Positions 50,991 through 63,392 of a DNA stretch of 64,000 bases are shown piece after piece. The DNA is from Bispira polyomma (Eukaryota). The stretch's first letter is position 1; each line of letters opens with the position of its first letter. Location: the NCBI GenBank assembly GCA_965649765.1, contig OZ287749.1:18352001-18416000 (forward strand), given 5' to 3'. Under the pieces are notes generated by a model. That model made no database searches, was not told where the DNA came from, and saw only the letters and a list, made by a program, of their open reading frames with translations. A program made the position numbers and the translations under genes.

Positions 50991-52898
50991 ACAATCTTTT
51001 AAGTTGTAGTTGAATATCCTTTATGTTAAATGAAATTGACAACTAAAATACTGCAAATTAAGTGCGGCTACTAGTTTTTTTACAATTTAACCACGTTTCC
51101 TTTAAGTACTTTAAAAAGTATTTGTTTTGGTATCAGTTCAGCGATATATTGGAATTACAAGTCCATCCTTTGCCAGGAATTGCAAAGCATCTCATGTTAA
51201 TTATCTATTGTTCTGTCTCTAACACTTTATTTTATTGTTCCCAAGAGATTATAAATCGAGACTACAAGTTATTTTGAAAGAAGTAGCCAAGGAGTAAAGT
51301 CATTCATAAAAGCTGCATCAAGTAATAAGTCTTTCCAATAAAATAGGAGGGAGTCCCTAACAATGAGACTGTTCACGTAAAGGTCTCCTAGAGATTTCTT
51401 TTGTTTATTAACCTAAAAAATACCATATATTTTTAACATTTGCATAAATAACTACAGGTTTTTTGTAGGATTGATTTTTTTTAGTGTCTGTTTGTGTAAT
51501 TGGGTATTTTAATTTAGAAACAGAGTTAAAGTAAAAAGGAAAACAAAAGAGTCATTGATTTCAATGTCCCTCTGAATGAACTTAATGACAAAAATCAATT
51601 TATTATGTTTTTGTTAAAGGTGTTTTATTTCTATTCTTTGTATTGTCTGACTTAAATCCTACTTTTCTATGAATTTATCATTAAGATTATTAATTATAGT
51701 GTTCAAGTCAATGTTTCTGTCCAGATTTCGAGGCCAACTTTTCATTTCCCCGCCCCGACCCCCCCCCCCCCCCCATCCCACGCCCCACCTCTCTGTTTAA
51801 AGCATTTTGTTGATAAAGACTCTTAAATTGAGCTTAGAGATTTTATGTTAGAAGGATACATGGTAACATATTTCATGTAGACTTTATATTTATTTTATTT
51901 TGTGCATGCTTTTAAAAAAGATTTAAAGATATTTTCTTTTGAGTGAAATTTAACCTAATCCATATTCCTTTTTAAAAATGGTCATGACATGACAGGGTGA
52001 TGTTTAGTTGGGTAACTCAGTGTCATGAGAAGGTTTTACATTACCTATTAATAGATAAGTTGGTGTGACACACACATTGACACCCTCTCACGCAAGGATG
52101 TTTCCACACAAAGTCAATGTTTTGATGCGTAAAACATGCAGTAGTTGCACAAATTCAATCATTTACTTTCTTTCCTTATGGTCCGGTTACATTTTATGTA
52201 TTTGTTGAGCATGCACCAAAACAAGTACCTTTCAGCAAAAATACGAATATCTGCTAAAATATACATATTTTTATTGTATCGTAGTGACGAATAACAGTCT
52301 TACCCAATGTATGAATGTAGTGTGGAAACATGGGTTTACACTCCACATATAGAGAAAGTATGATTTGATGCTTAATCAAGCCCTGTGTAATTTTCACGAA
52401 AACAGATTGAGACATGGATATGTTTGAGATCCCCTTTTATATTTAACAACACTGAAAAAATGGTGTTTTCCACTAATGTTTTAATTGGAAGAGTTATATT
52501 TCAGACATTGTCATCTTGTCATATATCTATATTTTAGGTATGCAAAACAGTTTTTTTCTTATCATGATCAGTGATGTTTAAACAATTTACCGGTTAAAAT
52601 AAATTTATTAATTGTTACAATGAAAATGTTGGATTTATTAAAACTAAACATATTTTCTGCAATAATATGTGTTTATGCATGTTATTTTAATTTTCTCAGG
52701 CATGTATCCTATTTATGCTTCTACGATTACAATGTTACAGTGAATAAAAACCCAGTCAATGTAACATGAAGAAATATAATTACTATAGGGCCATACAATA
52801 ACAAGGTTTTGATACAGCCGACCCTTTGATGTTGCATATATCACCCCTTCTTAAATATGTACGTCACTCATTCATTCATCTAAAGAAGGCAGTTACAG

Positions 52899-55800
52899 TG
52901 CTAAGTAAACCCAATAGGGTTAGTAAGTTAAGTGCTGACCCTAAAATTAAAATTATTCTGGTTAAGTGACCTTAGTTGTTGATTGATTAGCAGGTGGCCT
53001 ATATTCTCTGACAATTCCTGCCAAAAGCCATAAAACCTCACTTTAAATTAAGAATTTGGAATGGCAGAACGCCATTTTAAAAACTTTTAAATCTTTTTAA
53101 TTTGTTTTATATATTTACATTACACTTTTATTCTATGTCTTTTTATGGTTTTATATATAACCGAGTATTCATATGTGTTGTAGTCAAGGAATAAATGCTA
53201 ACTGGACTGAAAAGTGAAGCTTGTAGGAACCAGACTGGATTTATTTGTCAAACAGCTTTGACATATGCCAATTTTGCTCTTTTTCTAAGACTACGGTTGA
53301 TGGTTGTGCTTATTTTTATTTGAAATTTACATAATTTATTTCTAAACAAACTACAACCTCAATCCTAATAGGGGATCAATCAAAATAGGGGACAAATACG
53401 ATCTACAACTTCAGGTAAAAAGAAAACATAGGGAAGTGGTCGCTAAAGCAGAAAGGCAATCCCTTACTCAAAAAATGGAACAAACAAAACAAAAAAAATT
53501 TGGTTTCATTCCCCTAGGTAATTTGAAACTACCAGAGGTGGTAAAGGTCTGTCCACACTTAGGCGACCCTCTTGAAATTAGTGAAAAAGGAAAAATGCCC
53601 TATTTTCTTAATTTTAATATTTTAATAGAACCTGTTCCTTCAAAAATAAAGGGCAAAATCACAGCTCGGCTATTAAGTTTCAGGAAGATGTAAAAGCATA
53701 TCTCAAAGCAGAAAAAGAATTCGGGGCAATTCCTTTTGAGGAACCTCCTTTATCCAAATTGCATGTTTCCTCGTTTATGACATTACCTAAACCAGATGCT
53801 AAGCATAGGAGAGTTATTATTGATTGGAGTTGCCCACAAGGGCGTGCAGTTAACTTGGCTATAGACAGAGACCAGTACCTTGACACCCCTTCATACTTAA
53901 GCTTCCCACGGTTGATGACATCACTCGAAATGTGGTCAAATTAGGCAAGGGACCAATATTTTATAAATTACACATTAGTCGAGCTTTTAGGCACATGAAA
54001 ATTGATCCGGCCGACTATGATCTGCTAGGTTTACAACTGAATTACTACTATATTGACACGTGCCTGCCATTTGGCTATCGCCAGGTTAACGCTATCTTTC
54101 AAAGACTGAGTGACGCCATTTGGTTTATCATGATGTCACAGGGTCACAAGGTTATAAACTATGTCGATGACGTCATCAGGTATGGCCTTTCCTCTAAAAT
54201 TTTTGATTCATTTGAAAAATTGAAAGACATATTTGGTAATTAGGTTTTGGTATCAGTCAACAGTGGTTACTCCTAGTACCAAGGTACTACGTCTACTTGT
54301 CTTAGTCAATACTGAAGACTTTACAGTCTCTATTCCGGATAATAAACTGAAACAAATAAGCTATGTCAGAACTGGGTGAATAAGAAAAGCTGCATTAAAA
54401 GACGGTTACATTCGTTATTTGGTTTATTATTATATATTTCCAAATCTGTCAAAACTTCCTGAGCTTATTTTAATAGAATGTTAGACACCCTGAGGGGCTC
54501 TCAAAATGCTCATGAAATTAAGCTAGACATTGCATTTCACCAGTATCTGAACTGGTTTAATACCTTCATGACAACTTTTAATGGCATAGCCCTTTTTACC
54601 TTAGACTAGTAACAGATCAGATACACTTAGATGGATGTTTGCAAGGATTAGGTGCTTGCTGCAACAACCAAATTTATACTAAAGAAATTCCTGTCGGTTA
54701 CAGAGATTATACTATCCACCTTAAAATGATAAATATTTTAGCAGCAATCAGGGTCTAGAAAAATCAGTGGGCTGGACGAAAGTTACTTATACACTTTGAC
54801 AACCAAGCTGTTGTTTTTATTTTAAACTCAGAAAAAATATATTATCTCAATCTGGCAGCAATGGCCAAAAACATTTTTATGGAAGCTGCAAAAAAGATAT
54901 CGAACTGAGAACGGTACATATTCTGGGCAAACAAAATATCACAGCGGATTTACTCTGTATCTCTAGGTGGACTATTACCACTGACAATAATAAAAAAAAT
55001 GAGTGAGTTGGTTAAAAATCCCACCTGGTTACTGGTCCATGGTGACGTTTTAGAAATGTATTGGTCTATTTAGCTCTAACATTTTTCAGGCTCTACAACC
55101 TGGGTGTCTAAGCTACCAGACAGAGCAGTCAATAGAGCACAACAGGTTTTTCGCCCTTCTACACGAAAAGCATACACAGCCATGTTCAGAATATTCTTGG
55201 CATATTGCTGCTTTGCTTACATTTCGAGGTACAACATCACACCTATAGTAATTCTAGGCTTTCTGGAAGTTTTGGTAGTTAACAATACATCTTATACCTC
55301 AGTCGCAAATTACCTTTCGGCAATAAAGGTAATTGTCACTGTATGGGCTACAAGTAACTGCCTTCGACGATCAAAGAATAAATTATTTTCCAAAAGCCCT
55401 CATCTTACATAAGCCCTTTAGGGCAAAAATAAATGGAATTATTGATATTGACTTACTGCAAAATATAGCTCTCATCTGTGATTCTATGTACATGGGTCAA
55501 ATTTACAAGGTTGCTTACCTTCTAGCCTTCTTTTTTCTGCGTATTTTCAATCTAGTACCACACTCTCAGAGTACATACTCACCTTTTGCAGCAGCTAGGC
55601 AGGGCTGACATCATTTTCGATCCTCCAGGTGCTCACATAATAATAAAATGGACAAAACCCTAGAGCCAACAAATACCATTAAAGTTATTACAATTCCTGC
55701 ACTACAAAATAAGATTATTTGCCCAGGCACAGCCCTTAAGGTACTTCAGCAGAAATCTCAAAGATTTTAAGTAGGTTAAACAAGACCCAGGCAAATATTA

Positions 55801-56000
55801 TCTTTCACACTTTCGGTTGATCTGGAGCGACATTAGCCTTCAATGCACATGTCCCTCTGCAGGACACTCAGAGTCAGGGCATCTGGTCCTCTGAATGTGT
55901 GTAAAGATACATCACCCAAGACCATTTGGCCTCTGACAAGGTCACGCCGGCTCTCCAACCCCTTCTCAACCCTCTTCCTAATTCCTAGTTGGGCCTTGGT
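52899..56000 (+). mobile_element. Degenerate YR retrotransposon, sister of 59400 copy; gag deleted
   Basis: 5' 470 bp align to 59400-59875; RT YVDD, RNase H and YR remnants with many stops and frameshifts. Confidence 0.93.
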
Positions 56001-59000
56001 GGTTATTTTCTCCTTTACTATAATTTATATGCTATAATTTTACAAATTTCTATCCATTAAGGCCACTTTATAGTCAAAACTTTTTGTTACCTTAACTGGA
56101 CACATGTAAGGCTTAGGCCAAATTTAAATAATGTAATTCGTTAAGGTTACCTTAAATTTGGTAAACTTAAAGTCTAATTAAAGTTACGTTAACCTTAAAT
56201 TAGTCGATGTAAAGTCACTTTTAAGGTGAACTTAGACGAAGCTTCAAATTTCATCATATCTCAACAGACATTTTAACTAGTTTTATATATATATGTGTGT
56301 AGTATTAGATTAAAGATATATATCCCAACTATCCCAATTTATCAAATATGTTTAACTCTGTGTTTAAATATATCCATTAATGTACTTAAAACGAATAAAA
56401 ACAAAACAAGCCTTGTAAAGTTGTGAATCATCAGCATATAGATGTTATCTGATGAGGTATGATGTACACAGCAATGGCCTAGTGGTTACACATGTTTTAT
56501 TTGATATAAATAGCCTTTTACCTCTGAGGATTGTGTCTTTTACTCCAACTACTCATGTGGGAAAGTTTGTTTTGGTTACTTGTCATAGGTGGGTGGTTTC
56601 CAGTACAAATATTACTGGCTTCCTCTATTAATATATTTGGCCATCATAATATGCCATCACAAGGGAACCTCAAATATATTGACATTTTAAATCTAGTCAA
56701 AGACTTTCCATGCCTATCCCCTAATAGTAACACCTCTTTTCCTTGAAGTTGGTTTGTCAACACATTCCTTCATCCCCACTCTTAACACACCCCAATTTCT
56801 TATACAGACAACTAGCGCCCCATACATTTACCACTTCATCTTTCTTGTTTGATGACTTAGATTAATATGGATTACAGTGCTGTAAATGTCTCAGTCTCTT
56901 GGGTTACTGACTTAATCTTCCTGTCATTAAATAAACAACCTCTTTTATTTGGCTCTTTCAGGCGTGGACTAAATCTATCAATTTACACTTTTAACAAACA
57001 TGCTTGCGTTCCAATACTTGTACGTGCATAAGGTGTATTAATTTATTCTCGGAATGAACTAAAATGTTGCGTATTTGTAATATAATATGTTGTTTGCTTC
57101 ACAATGGTTATACATGGCCTCTGAATGAGTTGCTGATGTTAAGGCATTACACGTTTATACTCAGAATCAAGGGTTTTAGGATTACAGTTAGAGGTAGCAC
57201 CTCATGGGGATCTAGCTTACACCAATTAAATTGTTGTTGCCAATTTTTGTTTTACATGAGGCATTAACAGGATGTCATACTTTTTTGGGAATAAAATACA
57301 GCTCCTTTATGCCCATCATTTTGAATATAATTTATCCTTTCTTTAAATGCCTATGTAAATGACTTGAGGAAATATAACATAATGGAGCCCTGTTAGGGGG
57401 GGGGGGGGCTCAAAAATCCACAAGTACCCTATTGTCACATTTTATGGGGAATGGAAAGCTGGGATAACCTACTGATTACAGGCAAAGACTCAGGTAGATT
57501 TAAAAATAAAGGTTCCTTTGCAAAGAAAAAGAGGAATCAGTATTTTTCTTTCTTTTTCTTAAAATGTAAAGTAGATTTTTTTTTACTGACAAAGAACACA
57601 TTTTAAATATATACTGCTCCTTTATTGTGCAAAATGTTGTAGTTTACTTTGTATACTTTTTCCATAGGTCACTTCACAGAAAACAGATGAGAATCAGGGT
57701 TTTAGTAAATAATACCATATATCATATATAGGTAGACAATCGCTGTTAGTACTCTAAAATAGTAAGTACTTGCTTGGGTTTCATATAATGCACCCAAGTT
57801 GTGCAATGAATTTCTATATGACAAAGGTAATATAATGTACCAAAGTTGTGAAGTATGACCTCACATATGGCATCCTTACAGCACCTATAATCAAAGTTAT
57901 AGTCTTTGGAAACAAAAACTTAGGCCAAATTAAAACAATTAATGGCATGGCATCTAAAATGTTCAGTAATTGCTATCATTTGATAACATGCACTGTATGG
58001 TTGAACTGTTATCAATCATTATACATTATTAAACTATTGCTTTATATTTTCAAGACTTCTGACGAATTGATGCAATTTATTAACATTTTAATCTGACACC
58101 TGTTTTCTTAGATAATTCAAATTGTAGTTGAATATCTCTCAATATTTCTATGAGTAACAATAGCCTACATTTTTAGTGCAAAAGAGTAAAATTGCACATT
58201 TGCAGATACCATGAAGGTGTCCATATTTACATTTTTAAAAGGCAATACGATAATTTATAACAGCCCCAGTTTCAAAGATTCCTAATAAAATTAGTAGATT
58301 TATGTATTCTCCTTTAACAAAGACATAAAGAGGGCTTCTGCACTGTTTCAGAAAGCACCTCAATGAATAAAGACCTACTAAATTTCACCAAAAGTAGAGT
58401 CACTACAGTAGAGTGACATACTATGTTCTATAGTAGGATAGTAGCAGTTAGCCCTAGTAGTTAGTATACATTAGGATTTTGTGAAACAGGGGCCAGGATT
58501 CAAGCTAAACAAGCTTTTGGTTTAGTTATTGCAGGGCATGTCACTGTCTATTAAGCACATTAAATGGGTAGATAATATTTATGCAATTGACTTGAGAACT
58601 AAAGCATAATGGCACTATGTTTAGGGATGTAAAATAGATATTTTCATATTTTAGGAGAGATGACAATCTGTGATAACTTAGTCATTACCGCAGAAAACCA
58701 TAGGGAGATAGAATATGTATTCAATACAGTGTCCTAAATCACTTGTTTGTTACATTTTTATGTTAGCTCAAAGAAGTTTATTGGAACTGGTACATTAATG
58801 TGATTGAACATGGATTAGGACACTCTTAGAAAGATCAATATGTAAATTATAGATTTAGGCATAAAACATTCTCAGAATGCAAATGATCTTACAGTTTTTG
58901 AAAGATTCCTTAAAAAATATTTTTAGCCAATCAAAAAGGTTCATAAAACATTTTAGAATAAGAATCTATGTGAATACCCGGCCATGTTCTAATCAAGTAC

Positions 59001-59920
59001 TTCTAACAAAGATCGCCTAAAATAATGACAATAAAGTCAAAGCTTTAAAGAATGAGTTCATGTAACTGCATGTGCTTTCACTCTGAGTTCACATGGTACT
59101 TTTTGATAATAGTGTGGCTATTGAGTTACATATATATAGTAATAGTCAGTAACCTAAGTGGATACTTCTGGGTTGCTACAGGCATAATCTGATAGAACAA
59201 AAGCAGAATAAAGAGTAACAACAAAAAAGGCGAAACATCTAGCTTCAATTACAAATAAAAAGGTTTTGATGAATTTTTTATATAATATTTTCAAGATGTT
59301 TAAAAATATGGTTTTAAAACATTAAATCATTGTGCCTAGTAAAGGCCCCTTCCCACATAGGCAAAACTGGCTTGGTGACAAGCAGCAACATAAAATGTTT
59401 GCTAGGTAAACCCAACGGGGTTAGTAAGTTCAGTGCTGACCATAAATTACATTGTTAAAACTATTCTGGTTATGCTGACCTTTACTAGTGATTGGCCAGC
59501 AGTTGGCCTACTTTCTCTCACATTTGCCGCCAATTTCTACCCAACCTCACTTTAATTTAAGACTTTGAAAGGGCGGAACGCCATCTTAAAAACTTTCAAA
59601 TATTTTTACATTTGTTTTTATATTTTACATAACTCTTTATTTGTGTGTCTTTTTATGCATCTTTACATAACTGAGTCTTAATATATGTTGTAGTAAGAGG
59701 ATGAGAGCTTACTGGACTGGAAATTAAAGATTGCTGGCACCTGACTGGAGTTATTGTCAAATTGCTTTGACATATGCGAATTTTGCTCTTTCTTTAGGGC
59801 TATAGTCGAGGGATGTGTTTACTTTGATTCGAAATTTAATATAATTTATTTACAAATTCAAAACAACCTCAACTTAAGATACGCATATACCAAAGCATTT
59901 GTGTATATTTTACTTGCAGA

Positions 59921-60982
59921 ATGGCACCTCGGGTGAATCATGATTGTAGGGCGTGCAAAAGTAGTCACAAAAAGCCCATTAATGACGATTGTCCATTCAT
60001 GAAAAAATCTGACACTAATGAACAGAATGACACTACCAGTGCGGCTATTAACTTACGTATTTTAAAAGAATTAAAAGGACTAAGTGGCCGCATGTCGGCA
60101 ATGGAAAAACGTGTTGATCAATCTGAGTGTAGAAACAATCTTCCTAGTGCTCCAGCACATACTGTGGCCGCTGCTCCTGCAGAATTCTCGACCCCAGCCA
60201 CGTTTATGCAGCCAACAGTCCAAGGTACGACTCCGGCGGCGATGGCTCAACCAGTATTCCAGCCAGTTCCAGAGACAGACGATACGCTGGTCCCCACGCT
60301 GACTACCCTAAGGACGTCAGACTACTTGCAGCAGGCGGTAGATGCTAGACTGCGCGACCTGGCTGGACTCTCTGACAAAGGTAACTGCAAATCTCAACGA
60401 GGTGGGGCTGAAACTGTATGGGTAAAACGACAGGTGGCATGGCCACAAAATCATATTCTGGGTGGCACAACTAAATCTCGAACAACTTATGACAGCCTTT
60501 CGATGGCCCAATGGATCTCGGGTTTTTGCTTTACCGTTAGAGATGAGAATAATGTAGAAACAAAAAATGCAATGTTAGATTATGTTCAAGATCTAATGGA
60601 AGATTGTCGCGACTTTTCGTGGGCAGCTGCGAAAGGCAGCCACGCGGTGTTACTCTGTCGTATGGAGGAAGGTAAAGTTTCGTGGGATGAAACGGCTAAA
60701 ATTGATCATATTAGATGTGCTCATGCACAAAAAGTGGTCAACACTTCAGGTCACTCGAATTATCAGAGTACTAGGCAAAAAGCTAATGAAAAGGGAATTC
60801 CCTGTAAATACTTTCAAAAAGGATCCTGTCCCCACAAGACTGAACATGAAACCAAAGGTCACACGTATTTGCACATCTGTGCTACTTGCCTGACTTTTGG
60901 GAAAAGCTTCTCACACCCATCTAGAGACTGTCATAGGAACAAAACTAGTAAATTTGGTGAAAGTAGTGCAAAAAACGAGTAG
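59921..60982 (+). CDS. gag-like ORF1, 353 aa, intact
   Basis: N-terminal CxxC..H..C motif, heptad-like helix, C-terminal CKYFQ..C..H..HIC..C..H..C zinc finger. Confidence 0.9.
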   Translation: MAPRVNHDCRACKSSHKKPINDDCPFMKKSDTNEQNDTTSAAINLRILKELKGLSGRMSAMEKRVDQSECRNNLPSAPAHTVAAAPAEFSTPATFMQPTVQGTTPAAMAQPVFQPVPETDDTLVPTLTTLRTSDYLQQAVDARLRDLAGLSDKGNCKSQRGGAETVWVKRQVAWPQNHILGGTTKSRTTYDSLSMAQWISGFCFTVRDENNVETKNAMLDYVQDLMEDCRDFSWAAAKGSHAVLLCRMEEGKVSWDETAKIDHIRCAHAQKVVNTSGHSNYQSTRQKANEKGIPCKYFQKGSCPHKTEHETKGHTYLHICATCLTFGKSFSHPSRDCHRNKTSKFGESSAKNE

Positions 60983-61005
60983 GGCACTGCAGTACAGCAG
61001 TGCCC
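60970..61005 (+). promoter_or_regulatory. Putative -1 ribosomal frameshift signal (A_AAA_AAC, 5-nt spacer, 9-bp hairpin)
   Basis: Heptamer in gag frame; -1 frame is open into ORF 61000-62085; stem GGGCACTGC/GCAGTGCCC. Confidence 0.8.
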
Positions 61006-63377
61006 AAATATTCTGCTCATATCTCCAGTACACATGTAAATGATCACAAGCAGTATTGTGCTGGTAGAACTGTATATAATGTAAATGTTGCCAGATGGTG
61101 TAGCGACAATTGGAGAGCTGACTGGGCCAAATTTAGCAAGAAATCATATGCTCAGGTAGTAAAAGGAAATAAAAACAATATTCAAAACAGGGTATTAAGC
61201 TTAGGTCAAGGTCAGCCCTCCAAAGGTCGCTCAAATGTACAGAAAAAGTTGTTTAAAAATGTAAAAAGAAAAAATGTAAACAATTGCAAGCAGTGGACAA
61301 AGGTTCCACAAAAGGAGAACCCAAAGTCATTTGTAAAACGTCAAATACCCCATTCAAATGTAGAGAATAAGGGTCAAACTGACACCTCTAGTAAAAACAA
61401 GAATGATGTCGACAAGGTAATCTCTAACCAATCAGTGAGGTGTGAGGTCGTGAACAACAGTGGTATTAAGTGTCCGAATAGATTTACACCCTTGCTAACA
61501 TGTACTGAGACTGAAGCAATTAGTCACATCAGATTCTCAAGTTCAACAGATGATACCCCAAACAATCAGACTGGGGACAAGTATGAACAAGAGTTACAAG
61601 TTAAAAGAAAACATAGGGATGTGGTAGCTAAAGCGGAACACAACCCTTTGTTTCATAAATGGAACAAGCAAAATAAAGAGAAATTTGGCTTCATTCCACT
61701 GGGAAATTTAAAACTCCCAAATGAGGTTAAGGCAAGTTCACACTCGGGTGATCCTCTTGAGTTGCACAAGTTGGTGAGAAAACAAAAATGTCCAAATTTC
61801 TTAGGAGCTCAAATAACAGTGGTTTCTCAGCTGCATGTAGAAGAATGGAAAAAACTATTGGGTGACTATTGGGATACCCAACTGATCCAATTGCTCAAAT
61901 TTGGATTTCCCTTAGATTTTAATAGAAATTGTCCCTTAGAAAACAAAGGTGACAACCATAGCTCAGCTATCCAGTTTCAAGAAGACGTTAAAGCTTATCT
62001 CAAGGAGGAAAAAGATTTTGGAGCAATAATTGGGCCATTGAAAGAACCCCCCCTTTATCCGAACTACATGTTTCACCATTCATGACTCGGCCTAAACCGG
62101 ATGCTAAGCATAGAAGAGTTATTATTGACCTAAGTTGCCCACAGGGTCGTGCTATAAATTCAGCCATAGATAGAGACCAATATCTTGACACTCCCTTTAT
62201 ACTTACATTACCCACAGTGGATGATATCACACGTAATGTAATCAAATTAGGCAGAGGTACACTATTGTACAAGCTAGATATCAGTCGCGCCTTTAGACAA
62301 AAATTGATCCAGCCGACTACGACCTGCTAGGCTTGAGATTAAATGAGTACTATATCGATACGTGTCTGCTCTTTGGCTATCGCCACGGCAGCACCATTTT
62401 TCAACGCCTCAGCGACGCTATTCGGTTTATCATAACGTCACAAGGTTATGACGTCATCAATTATATTGATGACGTCATAGGATATGGAATTTTGACAAAC
62501 ATTTTCGAAGCTTTTGAGAAATTGAAAGAAATTTTTCATAAATTAGGTTTTACTCTCAGTAACAAAAAAGTGGTTGCTCCTAGTACCAAAGTATTACGCT
62601 TAGGCGTCCTCATCAATACTGAAGATTTTACCGTATCTATCCCAGATAGTAAACTGAATGAGATAAAACATATATGTCACAGTTGGACAACTAAGAAAAC
62701 ATGCACCAAACGACAGCTCCAGTCATTACTGGGTTCATTGTTATACATCTCAAAATGTGTCAAAACGTCACAAGCTTACCTCAATAGAATGTTGGACACC
62801 CTCAGAGGTGCTCAAAACATTAAGTTAGATATAAATTTTCACCAGGATCTCAACTGGTTTAATACCTTTCTTACAACATTCAATGGTATGGCCTTCTTTG
62901 ACCACAGACCAGTAACAGGCCAGGTACATCTGGATGCATGTTTGCAGGGACTGGGTGCATGTTGTAACAATCAAATTTTTACAAAAGAAATTCCTCTTGG
63001 CTATAGAGACTACACTATCGTCCACCTGGAGATGATAAATATTTTAGTATCTATTAGGCTTTGGAAAAGTAAATGGTCGGGGAAAAAATTACTTATACAC
63101 TGTGATAACCAAGCAGTTGTGTCTATTCTTGTCTATCTCAGGAAAGACCTATGATCTTACTCTCGCAGCAATGACTAGAAATATTTTCATGGAAGCTGCA
63201 AAGGCAGATATAGAAATCAGAATGGTGCATATCCTGGGTAAAAGAAACAATATAGCTGATTTACTTTCTAGATGGGCCATTACCACTGACAGGGATAGGA
63301 AATTACAGGAAATACTTCAGAATCCAACATGGTTACAGGTCCATGATGACCTTTTAGAGATAGATTGGTCTATATAG
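60970..63377 (+). pseudogene. pol (RT + RNase H) broken by at least three frameshifts
   Basis: ORF pieces 61000-62085, 62082-62330, 62333-63154, 63102-63377 concatenate to a DIRS-type RT/RNase H. Confidence 0.92.
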
Positions 63378-63392
63378 TTCTAACAATTTCAG

